A stretch of 64,000 nt of DNA, from contig OX597817.1 in assembly GCA_951406725.2 (NCBI GenBank), forward strand, positions 86,242,001-86,306,000. The letters run 5' to 3'. Source of the stretch: Octopus vulgaris (lineage: Eukaryota). The translations under genes and the position numbers were made by a program. Below the pieces are notes generated by a model that searched no databases, was not told where the DNA came from, and saw nothing but the letters and a program-made list of their open reading frames with translations. Below are positions 1-12,582 of this stretch, in pieces. The number at the start of each line of letters is the position of its first letter. The first letter of the stretch is position 1.

Positions 1-485
1 TGTGAGTGTCTGTCCCCTTCGATTTAGATTCCTAACTACTCCCACATTTTGCGGTGCAGTTTAACCAAATTCGGGTATCTTAGTCGTGATTCATATCGAG
101 CCCGTCTGGGTATTAGCGCGCGTCTACGATGAGTCAACGAATTTTAAAATAATTTAACATTTTTATTCCATTTTAATGCATATTTTTTCGTGTGTCGATG
201 GTGGCGGAGTTGGCGACCACGCTCACGCCTGCACCTGTTTGCTTCTCCCCCTTCTTCCCTCCCTCGTGAAGCTGTGGGGAAGGGAGTGTAAGGAAATCAA
301 CGTCGTAATGCGTTGTGAAGGAGACCAGCGTTCTTTTAGAACAACGACTTCATGGCTTGAAGGGGCCAAAACAGAAATCGCTAAAAAAGCTGAAACAGAT
401 CCACAAAAACGGCAAAAACCGCCACACAGGGCAGGTTTCCTGTGCAAACAATTTGCACAACCGAATGTTTTAGTTGTTGCACAAA

Positions 486-971
486 TCTTTATATATAAAA
501 GTAAGGTTGTGTGTCTGTCTCCTACGATTTAGATTCCTAACTACTCCCACATTTTGCGGTGCAGTGTAACCAAAACCGGGTATCTTATAGTCGTGATTCA
601 TATCGAGCCCTTCTATGTATTAGCGCGCGTCTACAATGAGTCTACGATTTAAAAAAAAATTTACCATCATTTTTTATTCCATTTTAATGCATTTTTCGCT
701 ATTATATAAGGGAAGTAACTCTCTAAAAATGTCTACGATGAGTCAACGATAAAAAAAAAATTACCATCATTTTTTATTCCATTTTAATGCATTTTTCGCT
801 ATTATATAAGGGAAGTAACTCCTAAAAATGTCTACGATGAATCAACGATTTAAAAAAAAATTACTATCATTTTTTATTCCATTTTTAAAGCATTTTTTGC
901 TATAACTCACTAAAAATGCTTATATAGTTATTTCCCTTACAAACCCGAGCAACGCCGGGCGATACTGCTAG
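486..971 (+). mobile_element. Non-autonomous Helitron with internal ~100-bp tandem repeats, abutting a related copy at 1-485
   Basis: 5' TC (TCTTTATATATAAAA) after A485; 3' hairpin CCCGAGCAACGCCGGG followed by CTAG at 968-971, then T; about three ~100-bp units (GTCTACGATGAGTCAACGAT...) at ~629-900; 507-690 is repeated at 1-180. Confidence 0.8.
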
Positions 972-1112
972 TAAAATATAAAATTGAAAACTTTAAATTA
1001 TTTAAATTGAAAATAAAAATTATTAAATTATATTTATAATTTGTTTAAAAATATATATAACTATGAAAAAGTATGAAAAGGTTTAATATACATAAATACA
1101 GATATATTCACT

Positions 1113-1312
1113 TTGTATATATACATTATATATACATATTTATATATAGAACACACACACACACACACATACATTATATATACATATTTATATATAGAAC
1201 ACACACACATACATTATATATACATATTTATATATAGAACACACACACACACATACATTATATATACATATTTATATATAGAACACACACACACACACAC
1301 ACACATATATAA
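1113..1312. repeat. Minisatellite of ACATTATATATACATATTTATATATAGAAC plus variable (AC)n, 4 copies
   Basis: Unit visibly repeated four times. Confidence 0.9.
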
Positions 1313-1315
1313 ATG

Positions 1316-1717
1316 AACGCAAGAATATCTGATTCATAATATTTGTTCTCATGCTCGTGTGTTGTTTGTTGGTGACAGACATATACTTAAAAGAACGCCG
1401 CCGAAGTGATAGGAAGGTAGGAAACAGAGTCAGTGAAAAAGAAAGGAAATAGCGATAGTGACAGATACTTTAAATAACGGTAGTGGACTTCTGAAAGTTA
1501 TGAAGAGGAGTAAGAGAGGGAAAGGAGGAAATAGGGTGAGTGAGGAAGATGGCCCCTAGCAACCACAGCTTTCAAGATAGGGATTTCTAAGGTAGCCCAC
1601 GCACATCATCACCTCATTCTACATGTCCCTGTAAATTTTGGATCGAATCGGACGGGATGTAGTGGCATTGAAAGCGAACCAAGCGGTAAAAACGCATTTC
1701 AGTTTTATATATAGAGA
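1316..1717 (-). mobile_element. Helitron-like 5' fragment
   Basis: Minus strand reads A|TCTCTATATATAAAACTG..., the same start as the 26553 Helitron; no CTAG 3' end found. Confidence 0.5.
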
Positions 1718-1907
1718 TGACAGGCTTCTTTCACTTTCTGTCTACCAAATCCACTCTCAAGGCTTTGGTAAGCTCAAAGCTATAGTGGATGATACTTATC
1801 CGAAATGTCACATTGGTGGTAAGCAAGACCATGTGGGTGGTGCAAGTTAGCAAGCTACTCACCACTCATGGATATGTATATATATATATTCATACTTATA
1901 CATACAT

Positions 1908-1971
<64 letters not shown>

Positions 1972-2342
1972 GCATATTATATACATATATACATGTACAG
2001 ACATATACATATGTATATTACATGGGAAAATGCGAGCATGATATAGTCATATTCTTAAGACGATAAACCTGGGAAACTACAGGACAAGTTATTACACTTG
2101 TAAAAGTGGAGTACAAGCTATTACTTCTAGTAAAGTAAAGAATAAGGGATATTTTACTTAAAATATTACAGCAAAGAATGCCAGTTCTCCTAATTTATCA
2201 CTCTTTACAGTTCTCATCTTTTAAATTTATAGTACAAAACTGTTCAGCTGATTTGTAAGTTTGTCTAATTAAATAACCAAATTCTACTTAAATAAGTATA
2301 GTGTTATTTGTAAACTATAATAAAATAAGTTTTAATATTCAA

Positions 2343-2364
2343 TCTTTATATATATATGTGTGTA

Positions 2365-2399
<35 letters not shown>

Positions 2400-3015
2400 T
2401 GAGCAAAACGCCCCACCCCACCCGTCCAATGGATGGTGCTGAGTTCTCAAACATTGAAACCAAATTTTCTCAAAAGCAACTTGTCCGACCATCCCACAGG
2501 CCTCCCCTTTGAGAAACACTGATTTAACCTAAATTTGAGACACAAGCAAAAGAAGAAATAAAGATGGACTTTTTCTCTATTCCAAAGAAAAATGATTGCT
2601 AGAGAGTCATCTGAACAAAGCAAGTGTCAGCATGCTCTCAACGCGGCTTCAACTTCTGTGGCTAGAGCGGCAGAAACAGCTGAACAACATGAAAATTGGC
2701 GTGCTCGCAACGCAGTTTCAACCTCTATGGCCAGAACTGCTGAAACGTTTTTTTTACACACTGCACGTGCATTTTCCTCACAAAAACATAGTATCGATCA
2801 CAACAGTTGATGTACTTGCGCGTACAAATGCACATTCTCACGGCTTTATCAATCGCATTCTCACCTGGAATTAATTTTTGTAATTTTTTCAAGACTTGTA
2901 CACACTCTGATACAGTCAGTATCGACATATCAATTTTGAGTGCAATCAGATGGAGGATGCCTGAGATCCTAGAAGACACACACACAGACAGACAGAACAG
3001 ATTTCATATAATAGA
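2343..3015. mobile_element. Composite Helitron-derived relic with STPR-like repeats
   Basis: ORF 2592-2810 has ES/ETxEQxxxxxAxNA repeats like those in the 26.5-29.3 kb Helitron; the minus strand at 3015 begins A|TCTATTATATGAAATCTGTTCTGTCTGTCTG, a Helitron-type head. Confidence 0.55.
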
Positions 3016-3050
3016 TATATATATATGTATGTATGTATATATATATATGT

Positions 3051-3388
3051 GAAGGCGCATGGCTCAGTGGTTAGAGCGTCGAGCTTAAGATCGTGAGGTT
3101 GTGAGCTCGAATCCCGGACCGGGCTGCGTGTTGTGTTCTTGAGCAAGGCACTTTATTTCATGTTGCTCCAGTTCACTCAGCTGTAGAAATGAGTTGCGAC
3201 GTCACTGGTGCCAAGCTGTATCGACCTTTGTCTTTCCCTTGGATAACACTGGTGGTGTGGAGAGGGGAGGCTGGTATGCATGGGCGACTGCTGGTCTTCC
3301 ATAAACAACCTTGCCCAGACTTGTGTCTAGGAGGGTAACTTTCTAGGTGCAATCCCATGGTCATTCATGACCGAAGGGGGTCTTTACC

Positions 3389-3392
<4 letters not shown>
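3051..3392 (+). mobile_element. tRNA-derived SINE with Meta-like central domain
   Basis: A box TGGCTCAGTGG and B-box-like GCTCGAATCC, then GTGTTGTGTTCTTGAGCAAGGCACTTT...CACTCAGCTGTAGAAATG; flanked by (TA)n; a decayed relative lies at ~37998-38270. Confidence 0.8.
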
Positions 3393-3450
<58 letters not shown>

Positions 3451-3530
3451 TAAATTAGAGACAAAACCACTATATATATACACACACACACATATATCTA
3501 TCTATATATATATAGATAGATATAGATATA

Positions 3531-4696
3531 AGGGGAGAATTCACAAAAAGAAAACAACAAAAGACGAAGACAGGTGGTGAAGACAGCAAACAGAAGTAAG
3601 AGTTTAACACTCGGAAATGAAAAAGTCTTGAACGTTTCGAGCCTACGCTCTTCCACAGAAAGAAACAAGAGAAACTAAAGAATGTGTAACTAGCGATCTA
3701 TCATGCCGAATGCAGGACAAAAAGGGTCACACAGGAAAGCTAGGAAGAAGGGGAGATAATAAATTAGTGGTAATACCAAAACAAACGTGCACATGTTTGT
3801 GTATAAGAGAGTATGTATATGCATGCGGGAGAGGGCTGGTGACCTTGATGTGTGCATGCAAGTATGTGTGTGTGTGGATGTGGGGCTGGGAAGTGGTCAG
3901 AGATAGTGTGTATGTGGTGGTGTGATGTGATGTTGTGTGGTATGGTGGTGTTAGGAGGTGGGGGAGGTGAGAGTGGGGAAAGCAAGGGTGGGTTGTGGAT
4001 TAGGCTGAGGGTGGTGTAGATATGGGTAGGCTGAGAGTAGGGGTAGAGGTAGGGTATGTGGGAGTGAGCGTAAGAGATGGGGTGGGATGGATAGGAAAAG
4101 TGGGGTTGGATTGTGTAGGGGTGGAGTGGCATTATGAAGGAGGAGTGACGATGAAGGGGAAGGGAGAAGGTGGGTAGGAGTGAAGAGAAGTAAGAGCAAG
4201 AGAGGAGAGGTGCGTGGGAGGAAGTAGGTGCGAGGGGAGAGAGGAGAGTTGAGCCGATGTGGTGCAAAGGAGCAAAGAGAGAAGATTAATCACTGTTCAC
4301 AGCACAAACAGGAGTCTGGATGGCCCCTGTGCAAGGACAATCCGAACACACAGGTGTTGCAAAGAGTGACCGGTAGAGCGGAGATGGCGCGAGACAGGGG
4401 TGCCATTGCCATGTCGGATGTCTCACAGGTGTCCCGAGAACCAGTCAGACAAGCGGCGTCGCATTTGCCCGATGTATAGAGAAGGGCAGAGAGAGCATGA
4501 GATACAGTCGATGCCATTGGTAGAAGTGCAGGTGAAGGAGTTGGTGATGTGATAGGGTCTATGGTGAGGTAAGAGTGCAAGTGCGGCAGCATGAGCAGGA
4601 GCAGGGGAACGAGCCAGGTTGGGTTAGGGAACAAGCTGTAGACCAAGAGGTCTCATAGGTTGTGGGCTCCTTTGAAGGAGGGGAGGGGTTGGTTAG
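3531..4696 (-). mobile_element. 5'-truncated Penelope-like element (Neptune-type GIY-YIG endonuclease relic plus 3' tail)
   Basis: Manual minus-strand translation: [15 protein letters not shown], then SFTCTSTNGIDCISCSLCPSLYIGQMRRRLSDWFSGHL*DIRHGNGTPVSRHL, then EQ*LIFSL; this is a Cys-rich linker plus GIY-YIG with stops and frameshifts; both ends abut (TA)n-rich tracts. Confidence 0.85.
3625..3666 (-). ncRNA. Variant minimal hammerhead-like motif in the PLE tail
   Basis: Minus strand CTGTGGA-A-GAGC-GTAG-GCTC-GAAA-CGTT-CAAGAC: stem II perfect, core CUGUGGA deviates from CUGANGA. Confidence 0.45.
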
Positions 4697-4706
4697 ATAT
4701 GCATAC

Positions 4707-4766
<60 letters not shown>

Positions 4767-4949
4767 TACATATATATACAAATAAATACATGGCTATATA
4801 TATATACATATATACACACATACATATATACATACATATAAATATACATATAAACATGAACACACACACACACATATATATATATACACACACATACATA
4901 CAGAAATGTATATATACATATTACACACACATATATACATACCTAAATA

Positions 4950-5808
4950 GAAGCTGTCTAACACTATGCAACACTATAATTGCTACTAAATGACTTCAGT
5001 GTGGATGTGATATATCTCGACTTTGCAAAAGCTTTTGATAAAGTCGACCATGGTATGATCTGTCACAACCTGTGTCCTCTCGGCAGAGGCGGAAAACTTG
5101 GAGAGTGGTTGCACAACTTCCTAAAAGATAGAAAGCAGGCAGTGGTGGCCAATGGAGCCACCTCCAAGGAAACACAAATAACAAGTGGTGTTCCTCAGGG
5201 CACTGTCTTCAGGCCACTGCTGTTCATAGTGGCCTTTTCAGACATGCCCTCAGTTGCTAAGATGGCCACCCCTGCTAGCTATTCAGATGACACAAAAGTC
5301 TCTCAGACAATACAAAACCCTGGAAATATTGTTGGATACAATATACCAGTGGGCTGAGGACAACAACATGCAGTTTAATGCAGGGAAGTTCCAAGCCCTG
5401 CACTACCAGCACAGAAAACTGAATGACATGTAGACCAGATACACTGGCCTAGGAAGAATTGCAATTCCTAAGTCAAAATCAGTGCATGACCTGGGCATTG
5501 ACATGAGCAACAATGCATCTCTCCAAGTGCATATTGCGAATTTTGTAATAAAATGCAAATGCCTAGCCAAACTTTCAGAACAAAGAGAGAAGGAGACACA
5601 GTTGGTCCTTTGGAAGACATTCGTCCTCAGCCGCTTGGACTACTGCTCCCAACTATAGTCACTACACAATATAAAGTTAACAGCAGAACTCGAAGCAATC
5701 CAACAAAGCTACACTAAGATCGTCTCCATGCAACATATCAGCTACTGGGAAGGAGTGAAAATATTAAAACCTTCTCCTCGGAGCGAAAGCGGGAGAGATA
5801 TGCAGTGA
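4950..5808 (+). mobile_element. CR1-like LINE reverse transcriptase fragment (degenerate), cut by the assembly gap
   Basis: VDVIYLDFAKAFDKVDH, SGVPQGTV..PLLF and YSDDTK motifs in ORF 4980-5357; frameshifted continuation (W..DNNMQFN..KFQ, RLDYCSQL). Confidence 0.88.
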
Positions 5809-5908
5809 NNNNNNNNNNNNNNNNNNNNNNNNNNNNNNNNNNNNNNNNNNNNNNNNNNNNNNNNNNNNNNNNNNNNNNNNNNNNNNNNNNNNNNNNNNNN
5901 NNNNNNNN
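5809..5908. other. Assembly gap (100 N)
   Basis: Run of N; a round 100 usually marks a gap of unknown size. Confidence 0.99.
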
Positions 5909-6321
5909 ATATATATACATACATATAAATACACATATATACATATAAACATATATATATACATACATATAAACACATATATATATGCATACAAATATAT
6001 ATGCATACATATATATACATATATTATACATATATACACATATATATACATACATATAAATACACATATATACATATAAACATATATATATATACATACA
6101 TATATACACATATATATACATACATATAAATACACATATATACATATAAACATATATATATATACATACATATAAACACATATATATATATATATATACA
6201 TATATAAAATATGAATTAGAGTATAAAAAGAATGATAAATATAATATAATAATTTTTCTCTGTAAGTTTGGAGCCATAATCCCTAATATTATTATTATAT
6301 ATATATACACATATATATACC

Positions 6322-6356
<35 letters not shown>

Positions 6357-6398
6357 ATACACATATATATATGTACAAATATTCATACATATACATAT

Positions 6399-6439
<41 letters not shown>

Positions 6440-6877
6440 GGGTGGGGAGTCTGGTGCACTGCTGGTGTCTGCTCCAGCCCTGGTGAAACATTGAACCCAT
6501 ACCACATGGACAACAGATGTTAAATGATGATGATGATGATGTATATACATTCATATATATAAACATGGGATGCTCATCAACGTTTGAGACGTATGTGTGT
6601 ATAGAATATTATACATTACAAAGATATATATTGACATTAAATATATGTATATATATATATATATATATCTATATATATCCACTTATATGCACAGAAGTGC
6701 TAAACATATATCACAAATCACTGAAACAGTTCTGTAAGTGGACTACAATAATATCATACAAAAAGAAGCGGACTGCGTGACCAACAGATTGACACAATAA
6801 TATCTCTAGTCACTAGAAAAGACTTATGGTGATGCAGAGGTGATATGTCTAGAAATTTGCCAGAAACATTTCCTCAC

Positions 6878-7995
6878 CTTTATTGAGATGAATTTTGTTT
6901 AAGATGTTGTGAGTTGTTGTTAGGAGCCACATAAGAAATTCAGCTGCATCTTGTTGCGTATGTTCATTCAGTAAACTACACTTCATCATTTGAGAGGCTA
7001 ATTTTAAAGGCTCTGTGTCCAATACAGACATTCTTGTCTGTGATTCAGCAGAGCATTTATTTAATATTTTGATAAATTCAGAAAGAAACTGCTTTTCTTC
7101 CTTATTTACATTTGGAATAGTCTCTATGTTAACCCTCAACAGTTGACTAACCAAGTGCGGGCTTCTGGCTAAGCACTGCAAAATACAATTCATAAAACAC
7201 AAATTCTGGCCATCATTTTCCAGACCAGGTGGACTTTTTGGTGTAAAACCAAAGGAAGAGAGCAGCTTGTCTTTAAATGAAATTTCCCTTACAGTTTTGG
7301 TGTCATGCTGAGAAGTGGAAACAAGAGGAAATGGAGACGCACTTCTTAAGACACTGGGCCGCAGAGGTCGCCGTCTCATATTGTGAGGCCAGAGTGTCCC
7401 TACAGTATTTTGATTAATGGTGTTGGAACATACAGTTATATTTTCAGGAAAATATACTGAAGGACTGCCACAGGACTGATTAGAATGAAGGAACAAATGT
7501 TTTTGTTGAGGGAGAAAGTGGTTATCAGAATAGTGAGGTCCTAAATAGGCAGCTTGCTGACTACTAAGGTTCATTGATTTATGTCCATATTGTGAAATGA
7601 CTGCAGAAGTGTTTGGGAGCAGATGATCATAGTTGCTTACTGAAGGTTGTTGTGGTACCATTTGGTGACCAGAATAAGGTTGGTTAATCCCAGAAACTCC
7701 ACGATTGGTAACAGCTGGTGAAGGTGATGCTGGCATTGAAGAAACAGAAATGGTAGAATTATTTTGCAGTCTCTGTAAACTTTCCTGATGTTGCAAGTGT
7801 TCATCCCATCTTGTTTTAAGAAGATTCCACCAGTAAAGTAAATGAAGTTGTCCAATCAACTGGGTGAAAAGGAAGGTGCAAACAGTGAGAAGCCACAACA
7901 AGTAAGGAGTATGATCCAACAAGTAGATTGGGAAAGACACAGCAGCAAGAAAGCCAGATTCATAGAACCAAATTCTTCTCTTCTCACTATCATTC
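6878..7995 (-). CDS. Large coding exon of a ubiquitin-specific protease (peptidase C19) with hydrophobic N-terminal region
   Basis: Acceptor TTTCTTTTCAG|G at 7995 and donor AAAG|GTGAG at 6878, open throughout; Cys box PPGLENDGQNLCFMNCILQCL and QQDAAEFL motif; hydrophobic GFLAAVSFPIYLL and YLLWLLTVCTFLFTQLIG segments. Confidence 0.92.
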
Positions 7996-8201
7996 CTGAA
8001 AAGAAATAAACAAAACTAGAAGAAAGAAAAACAATTGAAGATGGACACAAGTTTCAGAGCATCATCACAATAAATTATATTTTTTATTATCATTGAGGAC
8101 AAGTTATATTTGATAAATATTGTTTATAAAGGGCAATGGCCTACAAGGAAGATAGAAAATATAAGCCCACTAAAAAAAAAAAACTGCACACATTATTTAT
8201 A

Positions 8202-8814
8202 CAAGACTGTCCGTAAACGAAGTGATCCCAAGATAAGAAATCCTTGAACTTTAATTCATCCCGTATTTCTATTTATTATTATTATTTATTAATTATTATT
8301 ATTATGATCCCCCTAGTCGCCACTCTGTTTACTATTTCAGCCTCGCCTCGTTTTTGCATATTCTGTATAATTCACTAGTTATCGTTATAGATATTTAAGA
8401 TCTATCTCCCTTACAGGGCTGATAGAAATTGGCTGCCGATTCTTCGCGCCCTTCTCTCCCCCTCTTTTTACATTGTCTGTCTGGACTCCTCTCTTCCTAC
8501 TCCTCGCCATGGCTATGCATACTTAAGCTAGTAACCTGCCTCATTCTTGATTCCGAATTCCTTTTGCCAAGACTGTCCGTAAACGAAGTGATCCCAAGAT
8601 AAGAAATGCTTGAACTTTAATTCATCCCGTATTTCTATTTATTATTATTATTTATTAATTATTATTATTATGATCCCCTTAGTCGCCACTCTGTTTACTA
8701 TTTCAGCCTCGCCTCGTTTTTGCATATTCTGTATAATTCACTAGTTATCGTTATAGATATTTAAGATCTATCTCCCTTACAGGGCTGATAGAAATTGGCT
8801 GCCGATTCTTCGCG
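8202..8814. repeat. Near-identical 247-bp direct duplication (8202-8448 and 8568-8814)
   Basis: Direct comparison shows only a couple of mismatches; period 366 bp. Confidence 0.92.
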
Positions 8815-8892
8815 GCGCGCCCGCCCTACCCACCCACCCCACCAATACCGGATATCTCTATTTTGCTCCAACTATTCCGGATGTCGTTTCTC

Positions 8893-9510
8893 CCACCACC
8901 ATTATAGGTGTCTACTCTTTGAACCCCCTCTTCAATACGCTATTTCACCATGCATTACCCCTCTCTCGATATCCTACGTTCTACTTGCCTAGAACCTGTC
9001 CTCTGAACCACCCCTCCCACTGGTGCTCCCCTATATTTCTGCACCCCCCACCACCATTATAGGTGTCTACTCTTTGAACCCCCCTCTTCAATACGCTATT
9101 TCACCATGCATTACCCCTCTCTCGATATCCTACGTTCTACTTGCCTAGAACCTGTCCTCTGAACCACCCCTCCCACTGGTGCTCCCCTATTTCTGCACCC
9201 CCCCACCACCATTATAGGTGTCTACTCTTTGAACCCCCCTCTTCAATACGCTATTTCACCATGCATTACCCCTCTCTCGATATCCTACGTTCTACTTGCC
9301 TAGAACCTGTCCTCTGAACCACCCCTCCCACTGGTGCTCCCCTATATTTCTGCACCCCCACCACCATTATAGGTGTCTACTCTTTGAAGCCCCTTCAATA
9401 CGCTATTTCACCATGCATTACCCTCTCTCGATATCCTACGTTCTACTTGCCTAGTACCTGTCCTCTGAACCACCCCTCCCACTGGTGCTCCCCTATATTT
9501 CTGCACCCCC
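8893..9510. repeat. 155-bp tandem satellite, 4 near-identical copies
   Basis: CCACCACCATTATAGGTGTC... recurs at 8893, 9048, 9203 and 9358. Confidence 0.95.
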
Positions 9511-9516
9511 TCCCCA

Positions 9517-9761
9517 TAAAAAGCACCATCCGAACGTGGCCGATGCCAGACCCCTCTGGCACCTGTGCAGGTGGCACGTAAAAAACACCCACTACACTCG
9601 CGGAGTGGTTGGCGTTAGGAAGGGCATCCAGCTGTAGAAACACTGCCAGACTAGACTGGAGCCTGGGGCAGTCCCGAGCTCCCCAGACCCCGGTCGAAAC
9701 CGTCCAACCCGTGCTAGCGCGGAAAACGGACGTTAAATGATGATGATGATGATGATGATGA
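9517..9761 (+). mobile_element. RTE LINE 3' tail fragment ending in (GAT)n
   Basis: Matches 46890-47135 (GGCGTTAGGAAGGGCATCCAGCTGTAGAAAC...CCGTCCAACCC...GATGATGAT). Confidence 0.88.
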
Positions 9762-10542
9762 GAAGAATTATCAATATTCAATGATCCATGAAGATAACTC
9801 TGTGAAACATGATTTTTGTCCTTGGATAGCAACTGTTATTTCCTATTTGCTTACTCCTAGAAAGTATGAAAAATGGCTAATATTTCCTTCAAACTTTGCT
9901 TTTGTTACATTTATTCATACCCCAAAGAATCCTCCTCAACACATGGTTATGATGCTCCCCATTAGAGATGCACATATTATCAGCCACCCACTAAGGAATA
10001 TGCTCAGATGGTTAGGATCAAGCAACTGACAAGCAAATCTGTGGTATTGAGCAGAATATCTGCTGTAACTATATTTCTGCTTCAGCAACTGAACACTGAA
10101 TCTGTCTGAAATGTAATGGAAAGTATGTCAGTTTCAAAACATTGATGTCCAGGTCACAAAAGTAAAGTCTGAAGGGAATAGTAGCAATTTTCTTTGATTA
10201 TTAGATGGCAGCAAATAGGAAATAACACTTACTGACCAAAGACAAAAAAATAAATAAATAAAAAATAAAATCTGTTACAAAGTGTAAGAGAGAATAAGTG
10301 TGAAAATATGATTATGGATTTTGAATAACTCAGCGAAACCAAAAAATTCCATAGGAACAACACAGAAAATACTCTTATGTTTACAAGAGAAAGGAAATTC
10401 TAATCAACAAACAAAACTTAACCATATCTATATGCAGACTAAGTAGTAGTTTCTTGAAAGGACACACATTTGTGGATTTCAGGAAAAAGACATTTTAGAG
10501 ACAATCTAAGTAACAAACAAGTGATAATTTCTTATCACTTAA

Positions 10543-10753
10543 CCCTTTTGATATTATCCTGCTTGAAACTTTCCCTGGGTCTATGAAACTAATTTCCTTT
10601 TTTTTCAAGTGATTTAAATTAAAATCTTTCACATGTTCATTTTTGTTCGAAATAGTAATAATAATAAAGATATTTTACAAAATTCTTCATTATTTTCAAA
10701 TTTAACTGAAACAAAAGCAGTAGATTTTCAATAGAAATATGAGAACTAAAGGG
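10543..10753. mobile_element. piggyBac-like MITE (TTAA-flanked)
   Basis: TTAA|CCCTTT...AAAGGG|TTAA; decayed relatives at ~11745-12050, ~13440-13720 and ~17795-18000. Confidence 0.75.
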
Positions 10754-11268
10754 TTAAAATTGTTTGATGGTAATACAGTGAGTAATCCTTTCAACAGGCT
10801 ACTTGCCAAGTAAAAACTGAGTTCTAGGAATATAATTACGCTAGTTCTCAAGTTCAGGAATGTTAAACTCGTTTGACTTCATAGACCAGATTGAAGCATA
10901 AATTAGGTCGGGGGGCACTTCCATATCAATAAAAGCGAAATTCTGTCTGTTTGAGACCCCTGTATCTCAGTCTACATAGACATATACCTTTTGGAATTAA
11001 AAGCATTTGGGTTGCTATTTCTAGCAAGTAAAGCGACCTAGATGTACAAGAGTTACCTCCCTTCGCTTTAAGTTTTACTAAGGAATTTAGTAGTATTTTA
11101 TCTTCTTCAATCACATGCACCGCCTTGAAGGATTTTAATTGAACAAATCGACACCGGTTCTTTCTTTTTTATGCCTGGTACTTTTCTATTGGCTTCTTTT
11201 ACAGAACCGCTAAGTTACGTGAACGTAAACACAGCAACGCCAATTATCATGCGGTAGTGGGGGGACAA

Positions 11269-11319
<51 letters not shown>

Positions 11320-12539
11320 ATCTTTTCAAATTTTGAAAGAAATCCAAAAATTTGTGAAGTTGCAAGTTTTTCATTTAAACTAAATTTAAAGCACTATCGT
11401 ATTGGTAGGGTACGAATAAATGCTTTATTATCACTCTCTTTGGTTTTGGGCCGCAGGAGCTAGTTTAAAAATCCACATGGAGTGCGCCTTTTAAGTTAGT
11501 ATGGGATAAACTTTGATCATAACATAGACTGAAGTAAATCGATAAAGAAGTCATTATACATTAACCACCAAGAACAAATGCTAGTAATATATATAACAGA
11601 ATATCTTTAACCAAAAATAAACTTTACTTTGAGCTATAGGTTTGAGTATCCCAGGTCTAATTAATCAAAAGTGAAGATGGTGTTAACCTAATTTCACATA
11701 GAAATTACGAAAGAAATCGTCAGCCAACAGCAGTAGATATTTACTCTTTTGATACCAATCTGCCTGAAATTGAGTGATCTAAATTAAAAATTACCATCAA
11801 AATTTCTTGTTGATGTGGGGGTGGGGAGAAATGTGGTCTAATTAATAGATAGGATTATTTGGTAACATAAATGAAGAACTGGTCAAAGCAAGGGTTATGA
11901 TAGTGTAGGTCAGTGCCAGCACAAGAACACTCATATTACTAAATATTATGAGGATGAGCTTAATAATAAATTATTTTATTAAATTCATTATTTTCAAAAG
12001 TAACTGAAACAATTGTAGCATTTCAACAGAAATATGGTAAAAAAAGGGTTAATTTTACAGTACGTTAAACAGAAATGATCAACAGCAAGATGAATTGAAA
12101 TGAAACTTGCAGTTTCATTTCACTGAGTTCTGAATTTAAATTTGGCAAAGGTAAACTTTTGTCTTTTGACCGTCTAGCATAAAACTAATAACAGTAATAT
12201 ACTATGGTTGATTCAAGTGACTATAGCACTGTCCTATAAAAATTTGACCATGTTTCCTGTTGAAAGAAATCATTACTTGCATTAAAAACTTCATTCAGAA
12301 GAGATGTATAAAAACATCTTTATATGAAGATGCTATGGTGATGATAAGGAGAAGGAAGAAGAGAAAAGACTGCTGAGGGAAAAAAATATAAATTTTACAG
12401 GTTTGTTAATTTAAGTTTAGTGCTTAAAACCAGTTCTTTGAACTGTTTGTTTTCATGACAAACTTAGTCTGGATTAAACACAATGAAAAGCAGTATTTCG
12501 AATATTGGACTAGGTGGAGCACAAGGATACATGGAAAGG

Positions 12540-12582
12540 GTCGCTGAAGAGATCACAAATGTGTGATGAAAGATTTCCAGAC
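12540..12582 (+). ncRNA. Minimal type I hammerhead-like motif, probably in a PLE-tail relic
   Basis: GTCG-CTGAAGA-G-ATCACA-AATG-TGTGAT-GAAA-GATTTC-CAGAC: core intact, 6-bp stem II, imperfect stems I and III. Confidence 0.5.

Noticed and set aside
3051-3125. tRNA-like sequence with A and B boxes (also 20432 and 39773)
   Set aside because: It continues into SINE body shared by many copies and lacks a clean cloverleaf and terminator.
3764-4267. 167-aa Pro/His/Ser-rich ORF
   Set aside because: Low-complexity 3' region of the Penelope-like relic.
5738-6780. Long Y/I/C/V/M-rich ORFs here and at 1113, 1789, 4559-4993 and 38593
   Set aside because: They are translations of (TA)n/(CA)n microsatellites, some running through the N gap.
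8893-9510. Regular repeat array resembling CRISPR; likewise the ~60-nt RTE UTR units
   Set aside because: No unique spacers, wrong unit length, no cas genes, and a eukaryotic context.
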